A DNA stretch of 64,000 nucleotides from Eukaryota sp. TZLM1-RC (Eukaryota; Protista; Metamonada: BaSk clade). The notes under the pieces were generated by a model. It saw only the letters and a program-made list of their open reading frames with translations, did not search any database and was not told where the DNA came from. Positions 1 to 12,208 of the stretch are shown piece after piece; the first letter of the stretch is position 1, and each line of letters begins with the position of its first letter. The DNA lies in contig JAUPSS010000007.1 in the NCBI GenBank assembly GCA_040285825.1, forward strand, positions 1,264,501 to 1,328,500, in the 5' to 3' direction. A program made the position numbers and the translations under genes.

Positions 1-3000
1 TGGAAAACCTCCAGAGCCTTCAAGTCATCAGTAAGGTCACTCTCCGAAAGACAGATATCAGCTGTAGTGGAATCCCAGTCCAGAACAGGAATATTCATTA
101 TGGTGTCGTAGAAGACAAACAATTCAGTAGAATTGTTCACCTGATAAAGAATGTTGATGTCCTCAAGATACAAATGGGTCAGAGTCGAATTTCGCTCAAG
201 AGCACAGAAAAAAGCACTAGCGCATTTATCGGTAATGTTGTTCTTCGTAAGATTCAATTGGGTCAGAGTCGAATTTTTCTCCAGAGCACGGGCGAGAGCA
301 CTAGCGCCTTCATCAGTAATGTTGTTGTGACGAAGATCCAATTGGGTCAGAGTCGAATTCTTCTTCAGAGCACGGGCGAGAGCACTAGCTCCTACGTTGG
401 TAATGGTGTTGCTAGAAAGATACAATTCAGTCAAAGAGGAATTATTCCTCCTATTTAAAAATTTCTTCTCCAGAGCACGGGCGAGAGCACTAGCGCCTTC
501 ATCGGTAATGTTGTTCTTCGTAAGATTCAATTGGGTCAGAGTCGAATTTTTCTCCAGAGCACGGGCGAGAGCACTAGCGCCTTCATCGGTAATGTTGTTC
601 TTCGTAAGATTCAATTGGGTCAGAGTCGAATTTTTCTCCAGAGCACGGGCGAGAGCACTAGCGCCTTCATCGGTAATGTTGTTCTTCGTAAGATCCAATT
701 GGGTCAGAGTCGAATTCTTCTTCAGAGCACGGGCGAGAGCACTAGCGCCTTCATCAGTAATGTTGTTGTGACCAAGATCCAATTGGGTCAGAGTCGAATT
801 ACCCTCCAGAGCACGGGCGAGAGCACTAGCGCCTTCATCAGTAATGTTGTTGTGACCAAGATCCAATTGGGTCAGAGTCGAATTACCCTCCAGAGCACGG
901 GCGAGAGCACTAGCACCTTCATCAGTAATGTTGTTGTGACCAAGATCCAATTGGGTCAGAGTCGAATTACCCTCCAGAGCACGGGCGAGAACACTAGCGC
1001 CTTCATCAGTAATGTTGTTTTGACCAAGATCCAATTGGGTCAGAGTCGCATTTCGCTCAAGAGCACGGGCGAGAGCACTAGCGCCTTCATCAGTAATGCT
1101 GTGGTATTGAAAATCCAATTGGGTCAGAGTCGCATTTCGCTCAAGAGCACGGGCGAGAGCACTAGCGCCTTCATCAGTAATGTTGTTGTAACGAAAATCC
1201 AATCGGGTCAGAGTCGCATTTCGCTCAAGAGCACGGGCAAGAGCACTAGCGCCTTCATCAGTAATGCTGTGGTAATGAAAATCCAATTGGGTCAGAGTCG
1301 AATTTCGCTCAAGAGCACGGGCGAGAGCACTAGCGCCTTCATCGGTAATTTCGTTCCCAGATAGATGCAATTGTGCCAGAGTCGCATTTCGCTCAAGAGC
1401 ACGGGCGAGAGCACTAACGCCTTCATCAGTAATGTTGTTGTAACGAAAATCCAATTGGGTCAGAGTCGAATTTCGCTCAAGAGCACGGGCGAGAGCACTA
1501 ACGCCTTCATCAGTAATGTTGTTGTAACGAAAATCCAATTGGGTCAGAGTCGAATTTCGCTCAAGAGCACGGGCGAGAGCACTAACGCCTTCATCAGTAA
1601 AGTCGATGTGACGAAAATCCAATTGGGTCAGAGTCGAATTTCGCTCAAGAGCACGGGCGAGAGCACTAACGCCTTCATCAGTAAAGTCGATGTGACGAAA
1701 CTCCAATTGGGTCAGAGCCGAATTTCGCTCAAGAGCACGGGCGAGAGCCCTAATATCTTCATCTGTAATGAGGCAGTCACGAAGATACAAGTCAGTCAAG
1801 GTGGAATTGCTCTCCAGAGCACGGGCAAGAGCACTAAAGCCATCACAGGCGCAGTTGATAAAATCAAGACATAATTTAGTGATAGAATCTCCGACCAAAC
1901 TCTCGACAGTCTTCTTCACCACATTCGTTAATTTATCCCAATTCACATTTGACTTGATGTCTTCCAAAATTTCTTCCTTAGAAGGGGTATGATTATCATC
2001 AATAATGTTTAAAGGATAATTACAATGGCACCCAATCAACAACGCTTCGAGGTCAACAATTCTGCTTTCTAAATCAGAATTAGTTCTATTCAGTAGACTG
2101 TTTTGATTTTCCAAATTATTAACAGTAGACACAAGATTTGCAATTTCGGAATCTTTCGTGGCAATAGTGGCATTGAGAGCTTGCTCCATACTGGCATTTC
2201 CGACAACCAGACCATTATTTTGTTCTTCCAACCGGGCAATTGTGGAATCGCGTTCTGTCAAATTTCTGGTGAGTTGTTGAATGGAAACCTCCAGATCAAC
2301 AACATTTTTTCGTAGAGACTCAATTGTGGAGTTGGCAGATTGCAGTTGTGCTTGAACATCATTGTTGGCATTGATTGGATTTTCAGTACCTTCTTCAGCA
2401 AAGTCATCTAATACATCCAAAACTTCAAGAACTTGGGTAATACATGGTCTGGCAGCTGGATCTGAACAGCAACATTGAGTAATTAATTCTCTGAGCACAC
2501 GGGGAACGTGTTCACCTAAAGCAAAAGGTGTCTTGAAATACTTAGCACCCATAATGGCAATCTGAGTCATATTTTTAAATGGTCTATAATTACAGAGTAT
2601 CTCGCAAAGAATGATTCCAATAGCATAAATGTCAGAGGCAAGAGACACTCTGTTCTCAAATTGTTCCAAGGCCGCATACCGTGCTGTAAATGAAACATTA
2701 GTAGCAGTGGATGTCTCCACAACAGTTCTGGAGGTTCCGAAGTCAGCTAATTTAACTTGTCCATTGACAAAAAGAATGTTTTCGGGCTTGAGGTCTCCAT
2801 GTACAAGTGATTTGGAGTGCAGGAAACGGACTGCCTGGCAAATCTTTTTGGCGAACATGAGACTTTGTTTAGTCAACCTGGACGGCACTGGCAGAGAGCC
2901 TTCAGCAAGCTCCATGATTATGGCGAGTCTGTCCTTTAAACTGACCAGACCAAAAACGCGTAGGATAAAGGGATGATCAATCTTGGTCATGATTCCAATT

Positions 3001-3356
3001 TCTTTCCTCAATCTCTTCTTACCTTCCTCTGTAAGAGCAACAGTCTTGGCGGCGACGTCTGATTTAAACCAAGAAGCGGCAAAAACCTGGGCGTAACCTC
3101 CTTGTCCAATCATGTGCAAAAGTTTGACCTGGTTAGAGGGAATGTGGATGCAGAGGTCCTCCTTGTTAGAAGCTTTGACCATATCACGCAAACTGATGTT
3201 TATTTCCGGAGACGGTAGGGTACCTTCATTGCAGATTGGACAGGATTCCACAGCATCAGAGCATACAGCACATATACTATGACGTTGACTACAAACAATC
3301 AGAGGCACATGAGACTCTTCGTTGAAATCTATTGAACAATATGGACATGCGAGCAT
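1..3356 (-). CDS. RING finger - Ser/Thr kinase - coiled coil - ribonuclease-inhibitor-type LRR protein; 3' end runs off the window
   Basis: ATG at 3356 gives MLACPYCSIDF...CSQRHSICAVC...CPIC (RING). Kinase motifs GQGGYAQV, VAAK, HGDLKPEN and DFG follow, then a heptad-rich segment and about 20 28-aa LRRs (NSTLTQLDLxxNNITDEGASALARALE). The same frame is open at position 1, which explains its absence from the ORF track. Confidence 0.9.
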   Translation of the reverse strand, partial: MLACPYCSIDFNEESHVPLIVCSQRHSICAVCSDAVESCPICNEGTLPSPEINISLRDMVKASNKEDLCIHIPSNQVKLLHMIGQGGYAQVFAASWFKSDVAAKTVALTEEGKKRLRKEIGIMTKIDHPFILRVFGLVSLKDRLAIIMELAEGSLPVPSRLTKQSLMFAKKICQAVRFLHSKSLVHGDLKPENILFVNGQVKLADFGTSRTVVETSTATNVSFTARYAALEQFENRVSLASDIYAIGIILCEILCNYRPFKNMTQIAIMGAKYFKTPFALGEHVPRVLRELITQCCCSDPAARPCITQVLEVLDVLDDFAEEGTENPINANNDVQAQLQSANSTIESLRKNVVDLEVSIQQLTRNLTERDSTIARLEEQNNGLVVGNASMEQALNATIATKDSEIANLVSTVNNLENQNSLLNRTNSDLESRIVDLEALLIGCHCNYPLNIIDDNHTPSKEEILEDIKSNVNWDKLTNVVKKTVESLVGDSITKLCLDFINCACDGFSALARALESNSTLTDLYLRDCLITDEDIRALARALERNSALTQLEFRHIDFTDEGVSALARALERNSTLTQLDFRHIDFTDEGVSALARALERNSTLTQLDFRYNNITDEGVSALARALERNSTLTQLDFRYNNITDEGVSALARALERNATLAQLHLSGNEITDEGASALARALERNSTLTQLDFHYHSITDEGASALARALERNATLTRLDFRYNNITDEGASALARALERNATLTQLDFQYHSITDEGASALARALERNATLTQLDLGQNNITDEGASVLARALEGNSTLTQLDLGHNNITDEGASALARALEGNSTLTQLDLGHNNITDEGASALARALEGNSTLTQLDLGHNNITDEGASALARALKKNSTLTQLDLTKNNITDEGASALARALEKNSTLTQLNLTKNNITDEGASALARALEKNSTLTQLNLTKNNITDEGASALARALEKKFLNRRNNSSLTELYLSSNTITNVGASALARALKKNSTLTQLDLRHNNITDEGASALARALEKNSTLTQLNLTKNNITDKCASAFFCALERNSTLTHLYLEDINILYQVNNSTELFVFYDTIMNIPVLDWDSTTADICLSESDLTDDLKALEVF
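170..1850 (-). repeat. 84-bp tandem repeat array encoding LRRs
   Basis: The unit agagcacgggcgagagcactagcgccttcatc...caattgggtcagagtcg recurs every 84 bp. Confidence 0.95.
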
Positions 3357-3879
3357 TGATAAAAAAAATGAGATGAACAATTGTGCTTCACAACACCAAC
3401 ACATTTCACCAATACACCCTCTTTCCCATTCCCAATGGTCGTCGTAATAACATGACAGAAATTAGATGTCAATTCACATGGCCTATTTCCACGCTTGTTA
3501 CGATCCATATGGCATCATGTGGACCACCCTTTATCACACAATTTCTGCATAACGTGCACAGGAACCCCCAAAATGAAAATGAAGCTGTCTATTTGTTACC
3601 CAAGTGTGCTGCCTAATTTGGTATTACAATGGTCATAATCATTCTCCAAGCCCCCAGGAACAAATGTTCAATTAAGAGGTTTCTCCCACGGGTGACAACA
3701 ATTGGTGGTTGATGGAGCGAAGAGGAGGCGAAAGCGATCTTCAGCAGTAGAGGAGAGTTCCTTGATGGTAAGATACATCCAATAGCGCTTTCTTAGAATT
3801 AATTGCAAATGATTTTTCAATCATTATGAAAATACTTTTACATTTCTGTTTGGAAAGTGATAAATTTACTTAATTTCTG

Positions 3880-6800
3880 CAAAGAAACACAACGAAACAG
3901 ACTAAAACACATAAGAAACAAAATTTTCCACGCCAAATGTTGATGAATCCTTATACATCTTAAACATCATTCAATTTGAGTACTTGTGAACACCTCTGTA
4001 CAAAGCAAAATAGTTCTATTCTTCCATAAATTCCCTGCAAAAATATTACCACTTGAACGGCATAAATTACCAAAAACATTGATAAAATTCAAGGCGGACT
4101 GTCCAATGTTGCCAAAAATCGAAAAGGCAAAAGGAACAAACGAAAACTTATAGTAAAGATTCTTATTCAAATCATTTAATATCTCAGATTATTTATCTCT
4201 TTTAAGATCTTCAGCCTTGTTTAAATGACCATTAGCACTCAGCAAAACATCGTCACGACAACTAAAAGCATAGGGATCAACTTTACTGAAATCAACAACA
4301 ACTTGAGAGGAATCCACAATAGGAGCAATTTAATCACCTCGACGTGAATTAAACAGATTATTATCGCTATATTGCTTCAACAAAGGTTCTGCTTTGCAAC
4401 TAAAATTGCAACACTTGAACATCTCATATGTCTCATCACAAACGGCATTATGAAGATCTCAAATATATTGAAGGAATTTCTTACAACTAACAATATGACG
4501 GAAATTGGCAGTAGGTTTTTCGTTACAAATACAAACAGAATTATCCAAAAGACCACTTGGATACAGCCCCAATCTCAACCGCATGTTTTGTTTCCAAGCT
4601 TCATTTGTTAAGTGAAGACCAAATGGCTTGCTGAAATATTAAACTAGTGCAGTTCTGGATGTCTGATAAAAAGGCAGCAAAGACGGGATTATTGATCTTA
4701 ATCACACTAAGTTGTTTAGAAAAATCCGGGTCTTCAAAACCAATTAGAACAGACTTCTGTAAACAGCACAACAGCAAGATGAAGATTGGTAAAAGATCTC
4801 GAAGGTACAGAAGGCAAACTTGAAGGACAACACTTATTCCACACATCAACAGGTAGTTCATGCACCATGTTTTCAAGCGAAATCAATAAAGGATGTTATT
4901 CATTCAAAGGAATACGATCAAAACGAAATTTCCACTCAAACAGAAAATATTTCATACCTCCAAAAGAAGCACTTTTACATAAATACTCTGCTTTTAAATA
5001 AATAGAGAAATTGACCAAAAAGAACATCTTGTCACCATAAATTTGCAAAAACAGGACCTTCTCCGATTCAACAGTCCACCAGTCCACCGGTAAACTTCTT
5101 ACCAATCACGGCTATAAAAACTTTGACAGACTTCCGCCTTTCGTTAAGCAATACATTCCCTTGTAAAAAACTACTGTTGGTAGCAATTGAGGACTACTGT
5201 GTTGCCGTAAACGCCGTCAACATTCAAAAAAAGAAAAGAAATTCAAACTGTATCGTAAGGTCTTGTTCTTATTGTTCTTTTTATATCAGAGCGATCATTC
5301 CAAAAGGTGGGAGACTTTGAAACTACCACCAATAAAAGCCTCAAAACTTGTTATGCCTCAAATAAAAGGCTACTTTATTCTGAAATTCATAATTCCCTTT
5401 CAAATTTAAAAAAATATAATGAACCTTTGTCCAAATTGCCCAGCCTAGAGCATGCAAAATACAATTTGTATCCATTTGTATTTTCCCTTTCTGGTTCACT
5501 TGCACCAACTGCTTTACGTTTTTTGGAAGATTTTGAAATGATTTCAAAGAGAAGAACTGGCAAGATTTCAACAGATTGTTTTGGCAAAATAGAATTGTGT
5601 TTTCTATTTTAAAGAGGATGTTGAAGATGGTTTCTGATGCTTTGCATTCTCTTGGATCTCATTATGATTGTATTTGGTTTGGGAGAGATGGATTTTTAGA
5701 TGTTGAGTTTAGGTTTTGAATAAAATCCAAATTTGGGTACAAAAACCAATAAAAGCACATTACATAAATACTTTGCTTTTGAAAAACCAACTCCACCAAA
5801 TTTAGGACTAAGAAATGCATAATAAGGAATTTTTGATGGACAATCTTCTACTAAATGTCCTAAGAAATTTGATCTCAAAGTATTGAATTGGCGTGCCAAA
5901 TAATGAGAAATTGTGGGGGATAAAGAACGAAGAAGATGATTAATTTTTGATCCAAAACAAACATTTAGGACCGAAAACGCTAAATGTTTGTCAATTTCTA
6001 GATCTTGAATAGCTATAAGGTGCTCTTCGATTTTTGCCGAAACACCTGACAAAATCGATTGATCTTCTTCACAATTTCCAAAATAAGAGCCAAGAAACCG
6101 AATAGCATTTTCCTCGTAATCAACGTGTTTGATAAAAATTTCATTAAATGCTACCTCCGCATTCCGTTTACCAATAATGAAACACTGGGGAAATTTAATA
6201 TCTAACCCTATTTGTTTGGACAGAATACCGAAATGTTGTATCCCGTGCTGTAAAAAAGACAAAGTGCCCATAAGTAATAAATCATCTGCATAAGCACATA
6301 TATGAATGTCAATAAAATCCAACTTAAATTTTACCAAAAGTGATTGCAGTGCTAAGCAAAAGAAAAATAGACCCAATGTATTCCCTTGCTTGACGCCTCT
6401 TGACGAAACAATATTCTCAGAATGAAAAATTGAGTGAAAGGGTGATCAATACATCATCTTAAAATACGGCAAAAGTGGAGGATAATGTTATTCAAGTTCT
6501 TGCAAAATACTGGAGCGAAAAACGGAGTTGAAAGCATTTTTAAAATCAATGTTCAATAAATAATTTTCGCCTTTTTGATTGAAAAGTAAATCTGTACACA
6601 ACGCAGCACATTTTGTGCCATCAGGAATTCCGATAGCAAACTGATAAGGACGAAAAAAATTAATTGCGGATGACTTAACTCTTTTAAAAGAAATAATTGC
6701 TAATAATCTCGTTATGGACTCACCAACAGCAATAGGTCTGACACCACCTCCAGGCTTATTTAAAGCAATTAAACGAGATGCCATTAACGCCTGTGGTAAC

Positions 6801-7790
6801 TTGAAACGTCCCATGATGACACTATTAAAAAAGAAAACTGAATCATCCACGATTTCTGGACAAATGTTGACTGCGGACTTCAAATGATCATAACTAAGTC
6901 CAGAAGGCCCAGCAGAACGACCAGACGGAAGTCCTTTAATAGCTACACTAACTTCATCACAAGTGATAGGATTAGCAGTGAAGAAATCACGTTCATTATC
7001 AGAGACAATGTGATTTATGGTGAGGTCTTCAGGTGGATGAAGAGAATTTAAAGAATCCAATGTTCATCATTGAAGGCAGCAGGAGAAGAACCAGCCAATA
7101 ATTTAAGTGCTGAAGAGTATTGTGAACGAAGAATCAAAGACTCAAAGCGTTTTTTGACATTTTTAGATTGTGGAACCGACTTCTCATATTTAGATTTCTT
7201 GTGTGAAGACATAGCCTTAGAAAGAAAAAATTTCCAAAAAATCGAAGGATTCCAAATGCCCTTTCGATGAGTGAAGCTTAAAGCTCGAATCACTGTTGCA
7301 AGAGAGGACGAATGAGCAGGAGAAACGAATTGAGGAATTGTAAACGGAGGTCTTCAAGGATCAATTGGCGTGCGAGAATCACATACCAAAAGAGGTCGAC
7401 CCGAAACATCGAATCCGGACACTAACGAACAACAAAACAAACAAGATTTTGTATTACTACTGACTGAAGTCGAATGAAGTATAGTTGGAAACTCAATAGA
7501 CTCAAGAGATGAAGATAATGATGCCAAATACAGATTCATCTGACAAAACATTCCGCTGAGAACTTGTTGTTTTTGTGTGACCAACAGTCTTGCATAAAAA
7601 CAGGTGGTCACAGAATTCTTAAGGCGTCCTCTAGAAGGTTCAAGCGTAACTTACTTCGGAGTCATAGATAAGCATGGAGGAAAAAATAATGATATAATAA
7701 AAATAATAAAAATATTTATTTGGGGCATTGACAAAACAGGTCCACCTGAGTTTTTTATTTTGCAGATTTGGGTCCATACATAAACCATAC
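3880..7790 (-). mobile_element. Near full-length degenerate CRE-like RLE non-LTR retrotransposon (family B), interrupted at about 4996-5745
   Basis: RT motifs SAGPSG, GGGVRPIAVGE, DFKNAFNSV, GVKQG and YADD. A C-terminal Cys/His region and an RLE segment (RRGD, FVPFAFSIFG) follow. A decayed CCHC knuckle near 7570-7600 reads CFLCKTVGHTKTT after restoring one base. Many stops and frameshifts. Confidence 0.8.
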
Positions 7791-10611
7791 ATAAAGTTTT
7801 CTTTTTTAATAGTGTCATCATGGGACGTTTCAAGTTACCACAGGCGTTAATGGCATCTCGTTTAATTGCTTTAAATAAGCCTGGAGGTGGTGTCAGACCT
7901 ATTGCTGTTGGTGAGTCCATAACGAGATTATTAGCAATTATTTCTTTTAAAAGAGTTAAGTCATCCGCAATTAATTTTTTTCGTCCTTATCAGTTTGCTA
8001 TCGGAATTCCTGATGGCACAAAATGTGCTGCGTTGTGTACAGATTTACTTTTCAATCAAAAAGGCGAAAATTATTTATTGAACATTGATTTTAAAAATGC
8101 TTTCAACTCCGTTTTTCGCTCCAGTATTTTGCAAGAACTTGAATAACATTATCCTCCACTTTTGCCGTATTTTAAGATGATGTATTGATCACCCTTTCAC
8201 TCAATTTTTCATTCTGAGAATATTGTTTCGTCAAGAGGCGTCAAGCAAGGGAATACATTGGGTCTATTTTTCTTTTGCTTAGCACTGCAATCAGTTTTGG
8301 TAAAATTTAAGTTGGATTTTATTGACATTCATATATGTGCTTATGCAGATGATTTATTACTTATGGGCACTTTGTCTTTTTTACAGCACGGGATACAACA
8401 TTTCGGTATTCTGTCCAAACAAATAGGGTTAGATATTAAATTTTCCCAGTGTTTCATTATTGGTAAACGGAATGCGGAGGTAGCATTTAATGAAATTTTT
8501 ATCAAACACGTTGATTACGAGGAAAATGCTATTCGGTTTCTTGGCTCTTATTTTGGAAATTGTGAAGAAGATCAATCGATTTTGTCAGGTGTTTCGGCAA
8601 AAATCGAAGAACAACTTATAGCTATTCAAGATCTAGAAATTGACAAACATTTAGCGTTTTCGGTCCTAAATGTGTGTTTTGGATCAAAAATTAATCATCT
8701 TCTTCGTTCTTTATCCCCCACAATTTCTCATTATTTGGCACGCCAATTCAATACTTTGAGATCAAATTTCTTAGGACATTTAGTAGAAGATTGTCCATCA
8801 AAAATTCCTTATTATGCATTTCTTAGTCCTAAATTTGGTGGAGTTGGTTTTTCAAAAGCAAAGTATTTATGTAATGTGCTTTTATTGGTTTTTGTACCCA
8901 AATTTGGATTTTATTCAAAACCTAAACTCAACATCTAAAAATCCATCTCTCCCAAACCAAAAACAATCATAATGAGATCCAAGAGAATGCAAAGCATCAG
9001 AAACCATCTTCAACATCCTCTTTAAAATAGAAAACACAATTCTATTTTGCCAAAACAATCTGTTGAAATCTTGCCAGTTCTTCTCTTTGAAATCATTTCA
9101 AAATCTTCCAAAAAACGTAAAGCAGTTGGTGCAAGTGAACCAGAAAGGGAAAATACAAATGGATACAAATTGTGTTTTGCATGCTCTAGGCTGGGCAATT
9201 TGGACAAAGGTTCATTATATTGTTTTAAATTTGAAAGGGAATTATGAATTTCAGAATAAAGTAGCCTTTTATTTGAGGCATAACAAGTTTTGAGGCTTTT
9301 ATTGGTGGTAGTTTCAAAGTCTCCCACCTTTTGGAATGATCGCTCTGATATAAAAAGAACAATAAGAACAAGACCTTACGATACAGTTTGAATTTCTTTT
9401 CTTTTTTTGAATGTTGACGGCGTTTACGGCAACACAGTAGTCCTCAATTGCTACCAACAGTAGTTTTTTACAAGGGAATGTATTGCTTAACGAAAGGCGG
9501 AAGTCTGTCAAAGTTTTTATAGCCGTGATTGGTAAGAAGTTTACCGGTGGACTGGTGGACTGTTGAATCGGAGAAGGTCCTGTTTTTGCAAATTTATGGT
9601 GACAAGATGTTCTTTTTGGTCAATTTCTCTATTTATTTAAAAGCAGAGTATTTATGTAAAAGTGCTTCTTTTGGAGGTATGAAATATTTTCTTTTTGAGT
9701 GGAAATTTCGTTTTGATCGTATTCCTTTGAATGAATCACATCCTTTATTGATTTCGCTTGAAAACATGGTGCATGAACTACCTGTTGATGTGGAATAAGT
9801 GTTGTCCTTCAAGTTTGCCTTCTGTACCTTCGAGATCTTTTACCAATCTTCATCTTGCTGTTGTGCTGTTTACAGAAGTCTGTTCTAATTGGTTTTGAAG
9901 ACCCGGATTTTTCTATACAACTTAGTGTGATTAAGATCAATAATCCGATCTTTGCTGCCCTTTTATCAGACATTCAGATCTGCACTAGTTTAATATCTCA
10001 GCAAGCCATTTGGTCTTCACTTAACTAATGAAGCTTGGAAACAAAACATGCGGTTGAGATTAGGGCTGTATGCAAGTGGTCTTTTGGACAATGCTGTTGG
10101 TATTTGTAACGAAAGACCCACTGCCAATTTCCGTCATATTGTTAGTTGTAAGAAATTCCTTCAATATATTTGAGTTCTTCATAATGCCGTTCGTGATGAG
10201 ACATATGAGATGTTCAAGTGTTGCAATTTTAGTTGCAAAGCAGAACCTTTGTTTAAGCATTATAGCAATAATAATCTGTTTAATTCACGTCGAGGTGATT
10301 AAATTGCTCCTATTGTGGATTCCTCTCAAGTTGTTGTTGATTTCAGTAAAGTTGATCCCTATGCTTTTAGTTGTCGTGACGATGTTTTGCTGAGTGCTAA
10401 TGGTCATTTAAACAAGGCTGAAGATCTTAAAAGAGATAAATAATCTGAGATATTAAATGATTTAAATAAGAATCTTTACTATAAGTTTTCGTTTGTTCCT
10501 TTTGCCTTTTCGATTTTTGGCAACATTGGACAGTCCGCCTTGAATTTTATCAATGTTTTTGGTAATTTATGCCGTTCAAGTGGTAATATTTTTGCAGGGA
10601 ATTTATGGAAG
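4021..10611. repeat. Inverted duplication: arms about 4021-6839 and 7795-10611, spacer 955 bp
   Basis: Mirror coordinates sum to about 14634 (5696+8938, 6376+8258, 5123+9511). Confidence 0.95.
5405..5727 (+). mobile_element. 3' fragment of RLE non-LTR family C (mirror copy at about 8907-9229, minus strand)
   Basis: KKYNEPL...LYPFVFSLSGSLAP RLE C-terminus, then a stop and a terminal AATAAA. Confidence 0.7.
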
Positions 10612-10755
10612 CGTATCATTTTCGCCTTGTTTAGAAGTGATCCCAAGTACTTGAGTTTAATGATGTCCAAGCTGTATCAAGATTCATCAAGAGTTTGCGT
10701 GGAGAATTAGGTTTTTATGTGTTTTAGTTTGCTTTGTTATGCTTTGTTGTCTTAA
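7795..10755 (+). mobile_element. 5'-truncated family B retrotransposon; right arm of the inverted duplication
   Basis: ORFs 7820-8146 and 8258-8938 are near-identical to 6488-7060 and 5696-6376, with the same insertion and the same lesions. Confidence 0.85.
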
Positions 10756-10784
10756 TAATTAGATTTGTATTATTTGATTTTTAT

Positions 10785-11733
10785 TATTCCAGAAAAAAAT
10801 GTTTTAAATTTGAAGTACACTCTTCGAACATTACAGAAAAGATTGACTGAAATGTATGAAAAAGATCTTTATAATAATATTTGCAGCTCGGCTGCAAGAT
10901 CTTCACTCATTGTTATTGGAAAAGGGTGTTTGTGAAAACAAGGCGTCAGATTCTTCACTTTTTGTAACCATTGTACCACGAAGATTTGGATTGTGTGCCT
11001 AATGAAGCATTTGTAACAAAAATGCGATTATATTTGAACATTCCCATTAACCAATTATTATCGAAAGAAAAATGTATTTGCGCCATGCTCTAAATTGCTC
11101 TAAATTGATAACTTATCGTTCTTCATTACATGATGCTGTGAGAGACACTGTTTTCAATATGGCACAAACTGCAAGGATATCGTGTATCAAAGAGCCCCTG
11201 CTGAAGGAAACACTTTCTCTGAATAATTTTGGTTTTGATGATAGAGGTGATGTATACTGTGATTGGATTGATAATTCTGAAGCTATTGTTGACTTTGTCT
11301 CATGTAATATTGCAAACGATACTTTGGTTCACAGAAAAAACTTAATCCTGTGGCTGCTCTGGATTTTAAAGCAAAAGAAAAACATAGAAAATATGATAAA
11401 GAAATTGAAGATGCAAATGTCGATAGAAATACACAGCTAGTTTTTATTGCTTTCCCATTTTCGATAAATGGAAGATTATCAGTTGAAGCAGAAACTTTTT
11501 TGGATGACTTCCAAAAAATGGTGCAAGAAAAAACAATGAAAAGATTTGATATTTTTTATGGCCTTCATGGATTCAATTTGCCATTACTAATAGATTACCA
11601 CGGTTTTTCAATCGAATTAGAGAAGCTTTAGCTAGACAGCAAGCAAATCAAGATTTTGTAGAGGAAATCTTGGTTTAATGATAGTCGTCCCATTAGTTAT
11701 GATTTAATTTAATCAAGTGTGCAAATTCAATAA
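10785..11733 (+). mobile_element. 3' fragment of RLE non-LTR family A
   Basis: HALNC...HDAVRD...EPLL...RGDVYCDW...KEKHRKY. The 3' UTR tgatagtcgtcccattag...caataaa is shared with other copies. Confidence 0.85.
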
Positions 11734-12208
11734 ATACGATTATTTCTGTAAATGTTATTATGTTCTGGGAATTTTGATAAATCAAGACAATAATCGGTGC
11801 TTTGAACTATGGTGTCGACTGATGCCCTATGAATTTGTTGAAATACCCATATGTCATCTCAAAGAGTGTTTCTTCATCTAAGCACAACACAGGGATGACC
11901 TGTGATGTATTTGGAAATTATTTAAGTTAATAGGAAGAAGTGTTGATTCACATGACCATCTTTAGTACTTAACTCATTTAAATGGACTAATTCATAGTTT
12001 ATTTAAGAAGACTAGAGACCTGTATCCATGTTAAAAAAGATCATGAAGTATAGTTTGTTGCATAGCTCTAATGAATACTCAAATGATATTTGTATTTTTG
12101 GCAAAAAATAATGACAAAAACACTAATTTATATTGATCACTTATTTTTAATAAATAAATACAAAAAAAATCCGGAAATTCAGCAAAAAATATAACAAATT
12201 CTATACAA

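Noticed and set aside
170-1850. CRISPR-like periodicity
   Set aside because: Units are contiguous coding repeats without unique spacers, and no cas genes are present.
174-1992. Plus-strand repetitive ORFs, and their minus-strand counterparts at 54452-55829
   Set aside because: Antisense shadows of the 84-bp LRR repeats.
3669-3779. Short minus-strand ORF MYLTIKELSS...
   Set aside because: Only 36 aa with no recognisable motif; possibly a gene fragment.
4996-5400. ORFs in the linker inside the inverted repeat
   Set aside because: Short and motif-free; duplicated only as part of the arm.
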